Of a stretch of 64,000 bases of DNA, positions 28,159 through 36,976 are shown piece by piece. The notes beneath the pieces were generated by a model that worked only from the letters and a program-made list of their open reading frames with translations, did not search any database and was not told where the DNA came from. The stretch covers positions 64,001 to 128,000 of the forward strand of contig JAWLHY010000018.1 in assembly GCA_041690135.1 (NCBI GenBank), given 5' to 3'. The stretch comes from Armatimonadota bacterium (GTDB taxonomy: Bacteria; Armatimonadota; SYMT01). Position numbers and translations under genes: made by a program. Each line of letters opens with the position of its first letter. Within the stretch, counting starts at the first letter, position 1.

Positions 28159-28977
28159 TTGAGCCAGGAGTTCGTGGGTTCGGTTTCCGCGCTGATCCAG
28201 CGCTCGCGTCGCCCCGCGCGATCCGAGGAACGGGAATTGATCCGGCGTGCCCAGGCCGGTGACGAGCAGGCCCGGCGCGCGCTGATCGAAGGCAATCTGC
28301 GTCTGGTGTTGTACGTGGCCCGGCGCTACCAGTCGAGCAGCCTGACCCAGGAGGACCTCCTCCAGGAGGGTGTGGTGGGACTCATCGACGCCCTGGAGCG
28401 GTACGATTCATCCGCGGGTCATAGCTTCAGTTCCTACGCCGTGCCATGGATTCGTCTCCGCATCGGCCGGGCGGTTTACCGGATGGGGCGCCTCATCCGG
28501 GTACCGGAACGGAGCGAGCGGCTCCTGGCGCGTTGGCATCAGATCTGTGAAGCGGCCCAGGAGCGAAACGAGCCTCCCCCCTCCCTTGAGGACGGCGCGG
28601 CAATGTTGGGTGTGACGCCCGATACTCTGGTCGCCATGATCGAGGCCAGCGCACCCACTGCCTGCCTCTACCCCGCCGATGGTGATGATGATGCCCCGCA
28701 GGTGGCGGAGCTCGTCGCGGACGACCGGGCTGCCGATCCGCTGACGGAGCTTCTGCAGACTGAAGAATGGCGGGAGATTCGCGCCGCGCTTGCCGAGTTG
28801 CGCCCGAACTACCGGCGGGTGATCGAGGAGAGCTACGGCCTCAACGACGGTGAGCCGCAGACGCTCAACGACATTGCCCACCGCTTGGGAGTCACCAAGC
28901 AGGCCGTGAGCGGTCTTCGGAAGCGCGCCCTGGAGTCTCTGCGGGCCGCCATGAACCTTCAGGCCGGGTGTGCCTGA
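28159..28977 (+). CDS. sigma-70 family RNA polymerase sigma factor (alternative, RpoD/RpoS-like regions 2-4)
   Basis: LIEGNLRLVL.VARRY, DLLQEG..GL..A.E.YD, FSSYA..WI, TL.DIA..LGVT. Confidence 0.9.
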   Translation: MSQEFVGSVSALIQRSRRPARSEERELIRRAQAGDEQARRALIEGNLRLVLYVARRYQSSSLTQEDLLQEGVVGLIDALERYDSSAGHSFSSYAVPWIRLRIGRAVYRMGRLIRVPERSERLLARWHQICEAAQERNEPPPSLEDGAAMLGVTPDTLVAMIEASAPTACLYPADGDDDAPQVAELVADDRAADPLTELLQTEEWREIRAALAELRPNYRRVIEESYGLNDGEPQTLNDIAHRLGVTKQAVSGLRKRALESLRAAMNLQAGCA

Positions 28978-28987
28978 CACATAAGTC

Positions 28988-30367
28988 TTATCGTGGCGAG
29001 GCGGGGCGGTGGCGGGGGATTTCCGCCTTGAAGTCGCCGAGGCTGGACCAGTGGGTTCGCTTGTTGAGATCGACTTCGGCGACGGCGACGGTCCCCCACT
29101 CTTTCGCCTGAGCGAGCGGCCGGCCGTCGTGGCCGTAGACGGCGGAGATCATCCAGTCCTGGGACACGTCCGTGTAGGTGCTGCTGATCAGGTAGACGTG
29201 GTTCTCGCACGCCCGCGCGGCACCGAGAAGCGGATTGCAGCCCCACACCGGCCAGGCGATGATCTCCGCGCCCCGATTGGTCAATTCGCGGGCCACCTCG
29301 GGGAAGAAGCCGTCGTAGCAAACCATCATCCCAATTTTCCCGAAGCGGGTCTGGAATACGGGGTACTCATGGCCCGGAGTGATGCCCCCTTCGATCTCCC
29401 CACGCGGTAGGCAAACCTTCCGATACTTGCCGGCTACCTTACCATCGGGGCCCAGCAGCACCGCCACGTTGTACACCAGGTGCCGGTCGCGCTCCAGCAG
29501 GCCGGCGACGATGTACAGCCCGTGTTTGCGCGCCAGACCGCCGAAGTACTCGGTCGAGGGCCCCGGCACTGGCTCGGCGCACTCCGCAAAACTCTTGCCG
29601 GTCCCGTAGAAGGTGAGGGTTTCCGGCAGCACCACGAGATCCGCCTTCTTGCGGGCGGCTTCCTCAATCAAGGGCGCAAAGAGGCGGCATTTGTCCGCCG
29701 GAGTCTTGCCCTCGCGAGGAAGATAGTGCACCGTGGCCAGGCGGACCACTCGCGGCGCGGGAGCGGGTACCTCCTGGAGGGAAACCTCGCTCCATTCCAC
29801 CGTGGCGTGGGGCGCCCAGCGAAACTCCAGTTCCACCACCGCACGGGTCGCCCCTTTCGGTACGGGATAGGTGTCCGCCACCTCCACCCACCCGGGAGCC
29901 ACTTCTCGACCGTCGCTCGGATACTCCGGCTCCGAACGAGGCACCTTGCCCGGCTGGAAACTCACTGCAGCGGGCTCGTCACGCATGACCGGCCGCCCCT
30001 GGTCGTCGGTCCAGAGCACCCGGGCTACGGCTACCCGCCGCGGCGACTCTACGCTCTTCGCCCGGCGCAGCGCGGAGAAGCGGTAGTACTTGCCGCCCCG
30101 AACGGGGTAGGTGCGAGTCCAGCGTCCCTGGAGCCCTTCCCGGCTATCGGCCCGGATGACGAAGCTCCCCTTGCGGTGCGGCCCGCCCGCCGGGTCGTAG
30201 GCAAACTCCGGCCGGATCTCGTCACGCGGAGCAGCGGTCTCCCACCCATCCGGCGCGGCCGGATTGGCTCCCGCTGCGCCCATTCCCTCAACGGCGGCAA
30301 CGAGCAGGAGCGCCGCAGTGAGGAGCAACGGTAGCGCGGGCTGTGAGATGGAGTTCCAGGTAGACAT
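28988..30367 (-). CDS. secreted carbon-nitrogen hydrolase (nitrilase superfamily) with N-terminal beta-sandwich
   Basis: VVLPE, YRKV.L, VCYD..FPE, RA.EN catalytic E-K-C triad; signal peptide. Confidence 0.88.
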   Translation of the reverse strand: MSTWNSISQPALPLLLTAALLLVAAVEGMGAAGANPAAPDGWETAAPRDEIRPEFAYDPAGGPHRKGSFVIRADSREGLQGRWTRTYPVRGGKYYRFSALRRAKSVESPRRVAVARVLWTDDQGRPVMRDEPAAVSFQPGKVPRSEPEYPSDGREVAPGWVEVADTYPVPKGATRAVVELEFRWAPHATVEWSEVSLQEVPAPAPRVVRLATVHYLPREGKTPADKCRLFAPLIEEAARKKADLVVLPETLTFYGTGKSFAECAEPVPGPSTEYFGGLARKHGLYIVAGLLERDRHLVYNVAVLLGPDGKVAGKYRKVCLPRGEIEGGITPGHEYPVFQTRFGKIGMMVCYDGFFPEVARELTNRGAEIIAWPVWGCNPLLGAARACENHVYLISSTYTDVSQDWMISAVYGHDGRPLAQAKEWGTVAVAEVDLNKRTHWSSLGDFKAEIPRHRPASPR

Positions 30368-30393
30368 GGCTTATTGTTCTTGGGGTTCCGGAT

Positions 30394-30509
30394 CTCCCCG
30401 GATAGAAATCCGGGACCGACTGACCGAGGTCCGCGCTCACACCGGCTCGCGGGCCGCCTCCCCGGATTGAAATCCGGGGCTGACTGACCGAAGTCCGCCT
30501 GCGCGGACT
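30394..30509. repeat. two copies of a REP-like palindromic element
   Basis: CTCCCCGGATWGAAATCCGGGRCYGACTGACCGARGTCCGC at 30394-30434 and 30458-30498. Confidence 0.7.
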
Positions 30510-30592
30510 CACACGATACGGTAACGTCTGGCTGAATCAGCGGCTGCGGCCATATCCTTTGTCATTTCATGCGCCGATCGGTTTCCTCTCGT

Positions 30593-31708
30593 TTAAAGCG
30601 GTTCGAACTGGAAATCGCGGATCACGACTTCCGCCTCCTGCCCGTTTTGCGGCGCCGGACCCGACAGCCAGAAGTTGATCCGGACTTTCTCGTCTCCTGC
30701 CTGGGGGATGCCGTTGGTGAGAGTTGCCTCGTGAATGACCTGCCCTGGGGAGCCGTCCGGTCCCAGCCGGCTGCTGCGGAACGCGACCGCATCCGGGGCC
30801 CAGGTGAACTGATGCGTCGAGCCCTGCACCTCCGGCCCGAGGATGAACCGGGAGATGTTGCGGGGATCTGTGAACGGCTGGACCACGAACTGCGCATTCG
30901 CGTTGGCCGGATTGCCCCACCTGGAGAGCTCAACATCGATTTCGCGATGACTGAAAGACGATTCCCGGCTGTAGGTGAACAGTCCAACCACGACGTTGGG
31001 ATCCAGCGCGTCCGCCGGAGTCTCCACATCAAACCGGTAGGTCCCGTAGCCGAAACTCTGGAGCGAAACGATCTCGGCGCACTTCCACACGCGCCCCTGC
31101 CGCGTGATGCGCAAATGGAGCTTGCCATCACTGTCGAGGCGAACATTGCGGCGGGATCCGGAGAACAGGTTAGGACCGGGGCCAATGGGGGCGGGGCAGG
31201 TCTTGGCTACCCAGTCGTAGCCGGCGAAGCGAATCCGCGGAGCGTTTGCCGGATGGCTCCCGGCAGAGGCCAGCACGTCGCCCCCCACCGGTGGTAGTCC
31301 GGAAAGGACGGGCGCGGGGCGATATCCGGCACGGACCAGCAGGGCGTGATACTCGCAGCCCAGATGGGTGCGGCTCTTCCAGCGCCCATTCGGAGCGATC
31401 CGGATCAGCGGATTTGCGGTGGTCGGCTGCACATAGAGCTGGTCCACAAGCGCGTACAACACCACCCGGTGGTCACGGGGATCCACGCCTTCCACTTTGC
31501 CTTGAACGATGCCTTTGGCGCCAGGCCCGGCCCCGGCGCGGGGACTGCGGGTGATGGTGATGACCGGCGCTTCAAGACCCGCCGGGCGAGTGGCCGGCGA
31601 CGCGGTGACTACCGGGACCGCCAGTGCGGTCATAAGGGCAACGACCAGGGGAAAGTGCTGCCCGCGGCGGGGAAACGACCGACCGCCCAGGTGCGCGCGA
31701 GGGAGCAT
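30593..31708 (-). CDS. secreted glycoside hydrolase family 16-like protein (start uncertain)
   Basis: GYG.Y.F, NVV.GLF.Y, EIDVE (ExDxE), W..D.V.F. Confidence 0.75.
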   Translation of the reverse strand: MLPRAHLGGRSFPRRGQHFPLVVALMTALAVPVVTASPATRPAGLEAPVITITRSPRAGAGPGAKGIVQGKVEGVDPRDHRVVLYALVDQLYVQPTTANPLIRIAPNGRWKSRTHLGCEYHALLVRAGYRPAPVLSGLPPVGGDVLASAGSHPANAPRIRFAGYDWVAKTCPAPIGPGPNLFSGSRRNVRLDSDGKLHLRITRQGRVWKCAEIVSLQSFGYGTYRFDVETPADALDPNVVVGLFTYSRESSFSHREIDVELSRWGNPANANAQFVVQPFTDPRNISRFILGPEVQGSTHQFTWAPDAVAFRSSRLGPDGSPGQVIHEATLTNGIPQAGDEKVRINFWLSGPAPQNGQEAEVVIRDFQFEPL

Positions 31709-31912
31709 GGAACAACCCTCCAGACCATTAGCACGTGGATTGCCTTCCATTTTACCGCCGTTGCAGGCGGTTCCGCACGCCAGGTGATCCGGGCTGTATC
31801 CTATCGAGCAGAGGAGAGGCAGTTTACCCGTGAGGCGAACTGCCTTGGGTGGAACTCGCGCGAGCCTGGGAACACGAGAGGTCGGCTCACCCGGTTTGGC
31901 GCGTCGAACTAG

Positions 31913-32074
31913 GGATTGCGAGCCAGCTTGTTCCTGTCGGAAGCGGAATCGCCTTCTCTGCTTCTAATGGACCCGGCAGAAGGATTGCGCGCGGCGATGT
32001 CGCTTTCAGATAACGGATCGCCGGTCCTGCGTCTGCTGGATGTCGTGGGAAAGCCGCTGTTCCACAAGCCGTGA
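31913..32074 (+). pseudogene. possible 3' gene fragment
   Basis: Reads ASLFLSEAESPSLLLMDPAEGLRAAMSLSDNGSPVLRLLDVVGKPLFHKP* with internal P.L.L.D..G repeats, cut by an upstream stop. Confidence 0.3.
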
Positions 32075-32185
32075 ACTTTGTCCAACGGTTGGTTGTTTGG
32101 ACATCGAGCTTCAGCTCAATCCATCGGAAAGTCCGTCTTGACGAAGCGGAGCGCTATAGAACACCATGTAACAAAGGCTGGTCAT

Positions 32186-32210
32186 GCCGCGGGTGAGTTG
32201 GGCGTCAGGC
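32186..32210 (+). mobile_element. right arm of a degenerate integron attC site
   Basis: GCCGCGGGTGAGTTGGGCGTCAGGC, nearly identical to the right arm of the attC at 32676-32700. Confidence 0.55.
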
Positions 32211-32235
32211 CACTTCGACATTCGTTTCTGCGATC

Positions 32236-32619
32236 ATGCCAAATCGCAAGAGTAAATTCTGGACGCCGCGAGTGGAAGCGGGTCGCCTGCGAACAGACCA
32301 GATGCTGCATTCGTGGGCGGCGGCGCTAAAGGCGGTCGAAGCTGCAGAAGATGACGCGGCGCTGGGCCTAGCTGCTGCTCTCCAGGTCGAGTTCTGCATC
32401 TCGTTCTATGACGACCTGATCATCGATCAGGTGGAACTTGACGCTGCGCACAGCGAGAAGCTCCGGAGGGCGCTGACCGGCATCTGGGGGTTCAGCTCCA
32501 TGTGCCCGGACGTGGTTGCCCGAATCCGGGCCATCCAGAAGTCGGTCCCTGATCCACTTCCCGCGATGCTCTCAGATGCGGAGGTGGAGCGGCTGGTGAG
32601 GACCGAAGGCGCGGTCTAA
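32236..32619 (+). CDS. hypothetical protein carried as integron gene cassette
   Basis: 127-aa ORF between attC-like sites; stop codon overlaps the R'' box. Confidence 0.6.
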   Translation: MPNRKSKFWTPRVEAGRLRTDQMLHSWAAALKAVEAAEDDAALGLAAALQVEFCISFYDDLIIDQVELDAAHSEKLRRALTGIWGFSSMCPDVVARIRAIQKSVPDPLPAMLSDAEVERLVRTEGAV

Positions 32620-32700
32620 GAGTCGCTGCACCCGACGGCGTAACGGGCAATTACGTGTTCACATAGGTTGAGCTCGCCGCGGGTGAGCTTGGCGTTAGTT
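32614..32700 (+). mobile_element. integron attC site
   Basis: R'' GTCTAAG ... R' GTTAGTT; left arm GCTgCACCCGaCGGCG pairs with right arm CGCCGCGGGTGAGC leaving two extrahelical bases. Confidence 0.75.
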
Positions 32701-32778
32701 CCGGCGTGCAACCTGCGGAAGATGGGGACCCTGCACTCCATCGAAGGGAGATGATCCGATCTGAGCCCGAGTACAACG

Positions 32779-32818
32779 AGCCGGCCCCTGGATTTATCTC
32801 CAGGGGCCGGCTTTATTT
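32779..32818 (+). terminator. GC-rich hairpin with T-rich tail
   Basis: AGCCGGCCCCTGGA-TTTATC-TCCAGGGGCCGGCT-TTATTT. Confidence 0.65.
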
Positions 32819-32844
32819 CCGCCTCATTAGCTGACCAAATCGAG

Positions 32845-33030
32845 TCAGGACTTTGCCAGCTCCTTCACGGGTGCTGACGCCTTCTCTGCCCTGGCCTTCG
32901 AGAGGGGCGACTGCGGTCGCTTGAGGGTCTTCACGCGCACTGCTCCGGACGGCTCGATGGTGAACTCGGCATCGAGCGCCTGCGCCAAACGCTGGAGGGT
33001 CGGGAGCGTGGGAAGTCTACAGCCGTTCGC
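32845..33030 (-). pseudogene. truncated XRE/HigA-like HTH regulator
   Basis: NG..LPTL.TLQRLA.AL is the C-terminal half of an HTH_3 domain; N-terminal helices absent. Confidence 0.5.
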
Positions 33031-33080
33031 TGAACTCGTCTCCCTGTAGTTCGGCGGTCCAGATATCACCCCCACCAGAC

Positions 33081-33124
33081 AACAAGAGAGCCCCGCCGAG
33101 TGGTCGGCGGGGCTCTCTTGTTTC
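33081..33124 (-). terminator. terminator hairpin downstream of tRNA-Asn
   Basis: AACAAGAGAGCCCCGCCGA-GTGG-TCGGCGGGGCTCTCTTGTT. Confidence 0.75.
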
Positions 33125-33128
33125 TCTA

Positions 33129-33200
33129 CTCCCCCGAGTGGATTCGAACCACTAACCCTCTGATTAACAGTCAGATGCTCTGCCGTTGAGCTACAGGGGA
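33129..33200 (-). tRNA. tRNA-Asn(GTT), CCA not encoded
   Basis: TCCCCTGTAGCTCAACGGCAGAGCATCTGACT-GTT-AATCAGAGGGTTAGTGGTTCGAATCCACTCGGGGGAG cloverleaf. Confidence 0.97.
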
Positions 33201-33274
33201 ACGCCTGTTACCGGGCAACGGACGAAACTATACCAGAAGGCGCGAGGGGGGTCAATAGGCGAAACTTTGCGATT

Positions 33275-33859
33275 TCACCACTGGCAAGAGACAGAGAGCG
33301 CATCCGCCAGCAGGTTGAGGTACTCGCGCCGGCGGACCAGTCGCGCTCCGAACTGGGCCGTAAGCGGGGTCACCATCTGGATCTCCAGCAGCCGGAACCC
33401 GCGGGCGTTGAGGTGGTCGGCCAGGTGCACCAGCGCTGCCTTCGAGGCGTTGCTTTCGCGGTGGAACATGGACTCCCCGAAGAAGACACCCCCGATGTGG
33501 ACGCCGTAGAGCCCGCCTACCAGGCGCTCTTTCTGCCACACCTCCACGCTGTGGGCGTAACCCAATTCGTGGAGCGCCGTGTAGCTGCGCACGATGCCGG
33601 AGTTGATCCAGGTGTCGTCCCGGTCGGCGCAGCCCAGCATCACCTCCTCGAAAGCCCGATCGGTGGTGTAGGTGAACGGGGCCTTCTTCAATGCGCGCCG
33701 GAGCCGCTGGGGCACGTGGAACGGGTCCAGCGGCAGGATGGCGCGCGGGTCGGCGGTGTACCACTCGATCCGGCCCGTAGTGGAATCGGCCATCGGGAAG
33801 TATCCCTGCATGTAGGCCTGGATGAGGGTCTTGGCGGGGATGAACTGGGGCTTGCGCAT
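33275..33859 (-). CDS. aat: leucyl/phenylalanyl-tRNA--protein transferase
   Basis: AY..GYFPM, TWI, AHSVEVW....LVGGLYGV..G.VFFGESMF. Confidence 0.95.
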   Translation of the reverse strand: MRKPQFIPAKTLIQAYMQGYFPMADSTTGRIEWYTADPRAILPLDPFHVPQRLRRALKKAPFTYTTDRAFEEVMLGCADRDDTWINSGIVRSYTALHELGYAHSVEVWQKERLVGGLYGVHIGGVFFGESMFHRESNASKAALVHLADHLNARGFRLLEIQMVTPLTAQFGARLVRRREYLNLLADALSVSCQW

Positions 33860-33895
33860 CGGAGTGTTGATCGCCTGTGGGGCTGTGAGCTGCGC

Positions 33896-34630
33896 TCACA
33901 CGACACTGCGGCCGCCGTCGACCGGAAGGATTGCGCCGGTGAGGTAGTCGCTACCTTCGACCATGAAGACGACGGTGCGGGCGATGTCGTCCGGCGATCC
34001 CTCCCGCTTCAGGGGCGCTTTGGCGATCAGGAGCTGCTTCTGCTCTTCGGGGAAGCCTTCCGGCCACATCACCTCGCCGGGAGAGATCCCCAGCACCCGC
34101 ACCTGCGGCGCCAGGGCGTGGGCGAGGCCGCGGGTGAGGGCCGCCACCCCTGCCTTGCTGATCGAATAGGGCAGGTAACCCGGGAAAGGGCGCTCGGAGG
34201 CAATATCGACGATGTTGATAATGACCCCTTCCCCGCGCCGGCGCATTTCCGGAGCGACCGCCCGGGCAAAGAGCCAGGGGCCGCGGAGGTTGATCTCCAG
34301 GTGAGAATCCCAGTCTTCCAGCGTGGCATTCTCGAACGGCGTGTGCTGGAAGATCGCGGCGCTGTTGACGAGCACCGACGTGGGGCCCAGCGCTGCCTCC
34401 AACTCCCGCACCGCGGCTTCCACCTGCCGGGGATCCCGCTGGTCGCAGCGCACGGCGTGCGCCGGGACGCCGCGCTCTCGCAGTTCAGCCAGCGTCTCAA
34501 CGGCCTGATCGGCCGAGGAGTGGTACGTGAACCCCACGTGGGCACCCCGGTCCGCCAGGGCTCCGGCGATCGCTTTGCCGACGCGAATCGCCCCTCCGGT
34601 CACCAGGGCCACGCGTCCCGATAACTCCAT
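33896..34630 (-). CDS. SDR oxidoreductase, pteridine reductase/FolM-like
   Basis: TGGAIRVG, YH.S, LVNSA..F, Y..SK, LAP.VRV. Confidence 0.85.
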   Translation of the reverse strand: MELSGRVALVTGGAIRVGKAIAGALADRGAHVGFTYHSSADQAVETLAELRERGVPAHAVRCDQRDPRQVEAAVRELEAALGPTSVLVNSAAIFQHTPFENATLEDWDSHLEINLRGPWLFARAVAPEMRRRGEGVIINIVDIASERPFPGYLPYSISKAGVAALTRGLAHALAPQVRVLGISPGEVMWPEGFPEEQKQLLIAKAPLKREGSPDDIARTVVFMVEGSDYLTGAILPVDGGRSVV

Positions 34631-34785
34631 CTTCAAAGGCCTCCTTGCACAAAGGGCATCCTCACCCAACTTACGATACGGTAATGCAAGGCCCCCTCTC
34701 TGGCAAGCAGTCTCCAGCGGAGAGGAATCCGGGGGCCCGGCGGCGCAACAGGCTCTGGATGGATTTGGTATTGCGAGGTGACCCG

Positions 34786-36828
34786 ATGCGCATGATGGCC
34801 GTTCTGGCGGTATTGATGACGGCAGGTTGGGTAGGGATGGATAGGTCCGTGGCAGCACAGAGCGCGATCGAGGATCTTCGCTCGGCGCGCGTACGGACGA
34901 ACCAGCAGGGCAGCGGCTTCAAGCCGCCGCTCACCAAAGAGGAATGGCTGGCTCGCCGGCAAAAGCTGCGCGACCGGATCCTGGTATCCACCGGGCTATA
35001 CCCCATGCCCCAGAAAACGCCGCTCTCCCCGCGAGTTTACGGCAAGGTGGAGCGCGACGGCTACACCATCGAAAAGGTGGTGCTGGAAACGCTGCCGGGC
35101 TTTTTCCTCTCCGGGAACCTTTACCGGCCGTCCGCTCCCGTAGCGCCGGGGACGAAGATTCCTGGCATCCTGAACCCGCACGGTCACTGGCCGGAAGGAC
35201 GCGTGGCCGCGGATGTGCAGGCCCGGTGCGCCGGACAGGCCCGTATTGGGGCGGTCGCCTTCCTCTACGACATGGTGGGCTACCACGATTCGAAGGCGTT
35301 CGGTCACCAGGGCGTCTTCGCGGATGATGCGGCCCGCGCCTACGGGATGAACCTGAACGGGCTGCAGCTCTGGAACAGCATCCGGGCCCTCGACTACCTG
35401 ACGAGCCTCCCCGAAGTGGATGCCAAGCGGATCGCCTGCACGGGCGAAAGCGGCGGCGGGACCCAGACCTTCGAACTATGCGCGGTGGACGACCGCATCG
35501 CCGTGGCGGCCCCGGTCTGCATGGTCTCCCATCACTTCCAGGGGGGATGTCTCTGCGAGAACGCGCCGCACAAGCGGGTGGGGACCGACAACGTCGAGTT
35601 CGCCGCGCTGTTCGCGCCGAAGCCGCAGTTGCTCGTGGGCGCCACGGGGGACTGGACCAGCCAGATCTTGCAGCATGGCGTGCCCGAGATTCGCGCCACC
35701 TACCGCCTGTTCAACGCGGAGCATAACCTCCTCGCGGTCATCCACGAAGCACCGCATAACTACAACCAGGCCAGCCGGGAGTCCGTGTACGCCTTCCTGA
35801 AGCAGCACCTGTGGGGGGAGCCCTCCCCTACTCCGGTCAAAGAAGCGGCGTTCAAAGCGGAGGAAGCCGCCGCCCTCTCTACCTGGGACAGCGAGCACCC
35901 GCGTCCGGCCGATGCCCTGGACCCGGAGAAGCTGAAAGCCAACTTGCGGGAAGTCTTCCTGCACCAGATCGCTTCCTGGAAGCCGGCTTCCAAGGGACAG
36001 TGGCAGGACTCGAAGAAAACCGTCCGTACCGGGCTGGAGCAGATCCTGGCGTGCGAGCTTCCCCGCAAGGACCAATTGCAGGTCGAGCAGAAGGAGCCGG
36101 TACTGAATGACCGTTTCCGCTACCGCAGCACGGAGCTCACGCTGGCCCGCCGCGGTCACGGGGACGCAGCCACCGGCCTCCTGTTGACGCCAGTGACGCT
36201 GCAGCCGACGAAGAAGCCCGCGGTCATCACCGTGGTCGTCCACCCCGGCGGCCCGAAGGCGATCCTGGGATCCGACGGCTCTCCGAATCAACTGGTGGAA
36301 GGACTGTTGGAGGCCCACCAGGGTGTTTTGCTGCTGGAAACGTTTCTGACCGGGAAGCCAGAGGAAGTGGCCAAGCGCCACGCTTCCAACTACTACGCGA
36401 CCTACAACGCCACGGTGCTCGCGGAACGGGTGCAGGACGTGCTGAACGCCGTCGCCGCCGCGCGCGAATTGGGCAAATCCGTGAACCTGGTCGGGCTCGA
36501 GAAGGCGGGCCCGTGGGTCGTGCTCGCCCGGCCCTTCGCGGGCAACGTGGAGCGGACCGCCGCCGACGCCGCCGGTTGGGAGTGGTCGACCGATCTGCCG
36601 ATGAGCCACGAGATGACGCTGCCCGCCGCCCTCCGCTACGGTGGGATGAAGGCCTTCGCTGCCCTCTGCTCGCCCGAGCCGCTTTTTCTCTACAACTCGA
36701 TGACCGGCCTGGACGTGAGCTGGGTGCAGGGCGCCTATAACCTGGAAGCGCCCAAGAAGCTCCGCCTCTCTTCCGCCCCGGCCCCGCCGGAGACAGTCCT
36801 CTCCTGGCTCGTCAGCCGCGGTAAGTAA
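34786..36828 (+). CDS. secreted acetyl xylan esterase-like alpha/beta hydrolase
   Basis: PHGHW, YDMVGY, TGESGGGTQT, GGC.CEN, HNY; signal peptide. Confidence 0.8.
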   Translation: MRMMAVLAVLMTAGWVGMDRSVAAQSAIEDLRSARVRTNQQGSGFKPPLTKEEWLARRQKLRDRILVSTGLYPMPQKTPLSPRVYGKVERDGYTIEKVVLETLPGFFLSGNLYRPSAPVAPGTKIPGILNPHGHWPEGRVAADVQARCAGQARIGAVAFLYDMVGYHDSKAFGHQGVFADDAARAYGMNLNGLQLWNSIRALDYLTSLPEVDAKRIACTGESGGGTQTFELCAVDDRIAVAAPVCMVSHHFQGGCLCENAPHKRVGTDNVEFAALFAPKPQLLVGATGDWTSQILQHGVPEIRATYRLFNAEHNLLAVIHEAPHNYNQASRESVYAFLKQHLWGEPSPTPVKEAAFKAEEAAALSTWDSEHPRPADALDPEKLKANLREVFLHQIASWKPASKGQWQDSKKTVRTGLEQILACELPRKDQLQVEQKEPVLNDRFRYRSTELTLARRGHGDAATGLLLTPVTLQPTKKPAVITVVVHPGGPKAILGSDGSPNQLVEGLLEAHQGVLLLETFLTGKPEEVAKRHASNYYATYNATVLAERVQDVLNAVAAARELGKSVNLVGLEKAGPWVVLARPFAGNVERTAADAAGWEWSTDLPMSHEMTLPAALRYGGMKAFAALCSPEPLFLYNSMTGLDVSWVQGAYNLEAPKKLRLSSAPAPPETVLSWLVSRGK

Positions 36829-36976
36829 GAGCCGGGTCCGGGTCAGAACACCAGTAAACAGCCATCCTTGCGTTAGTGAATGGGGGGCTCCTGATCGGGG
36901 GCTCCCCATTGACTTTTGTCGTGCCGGCGGCGGCTGTTGAAGTAGAATACCCCAGGCGAGTAAGGAGCGCGAACCG

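Noticed and set aside
30394-30509. Possible mini CRISPR array
   Set aside because: Only two imperfect copies, no cas genes, and the structure fits REP elements better.
33040-33058. Duplicated tRNA fragment (att site), TCCCTGTAGTTC
   Set aside because: Short match to the tRNA 5' end in inverted orientation; att duplications normally involve the 3' end in direct orientation.
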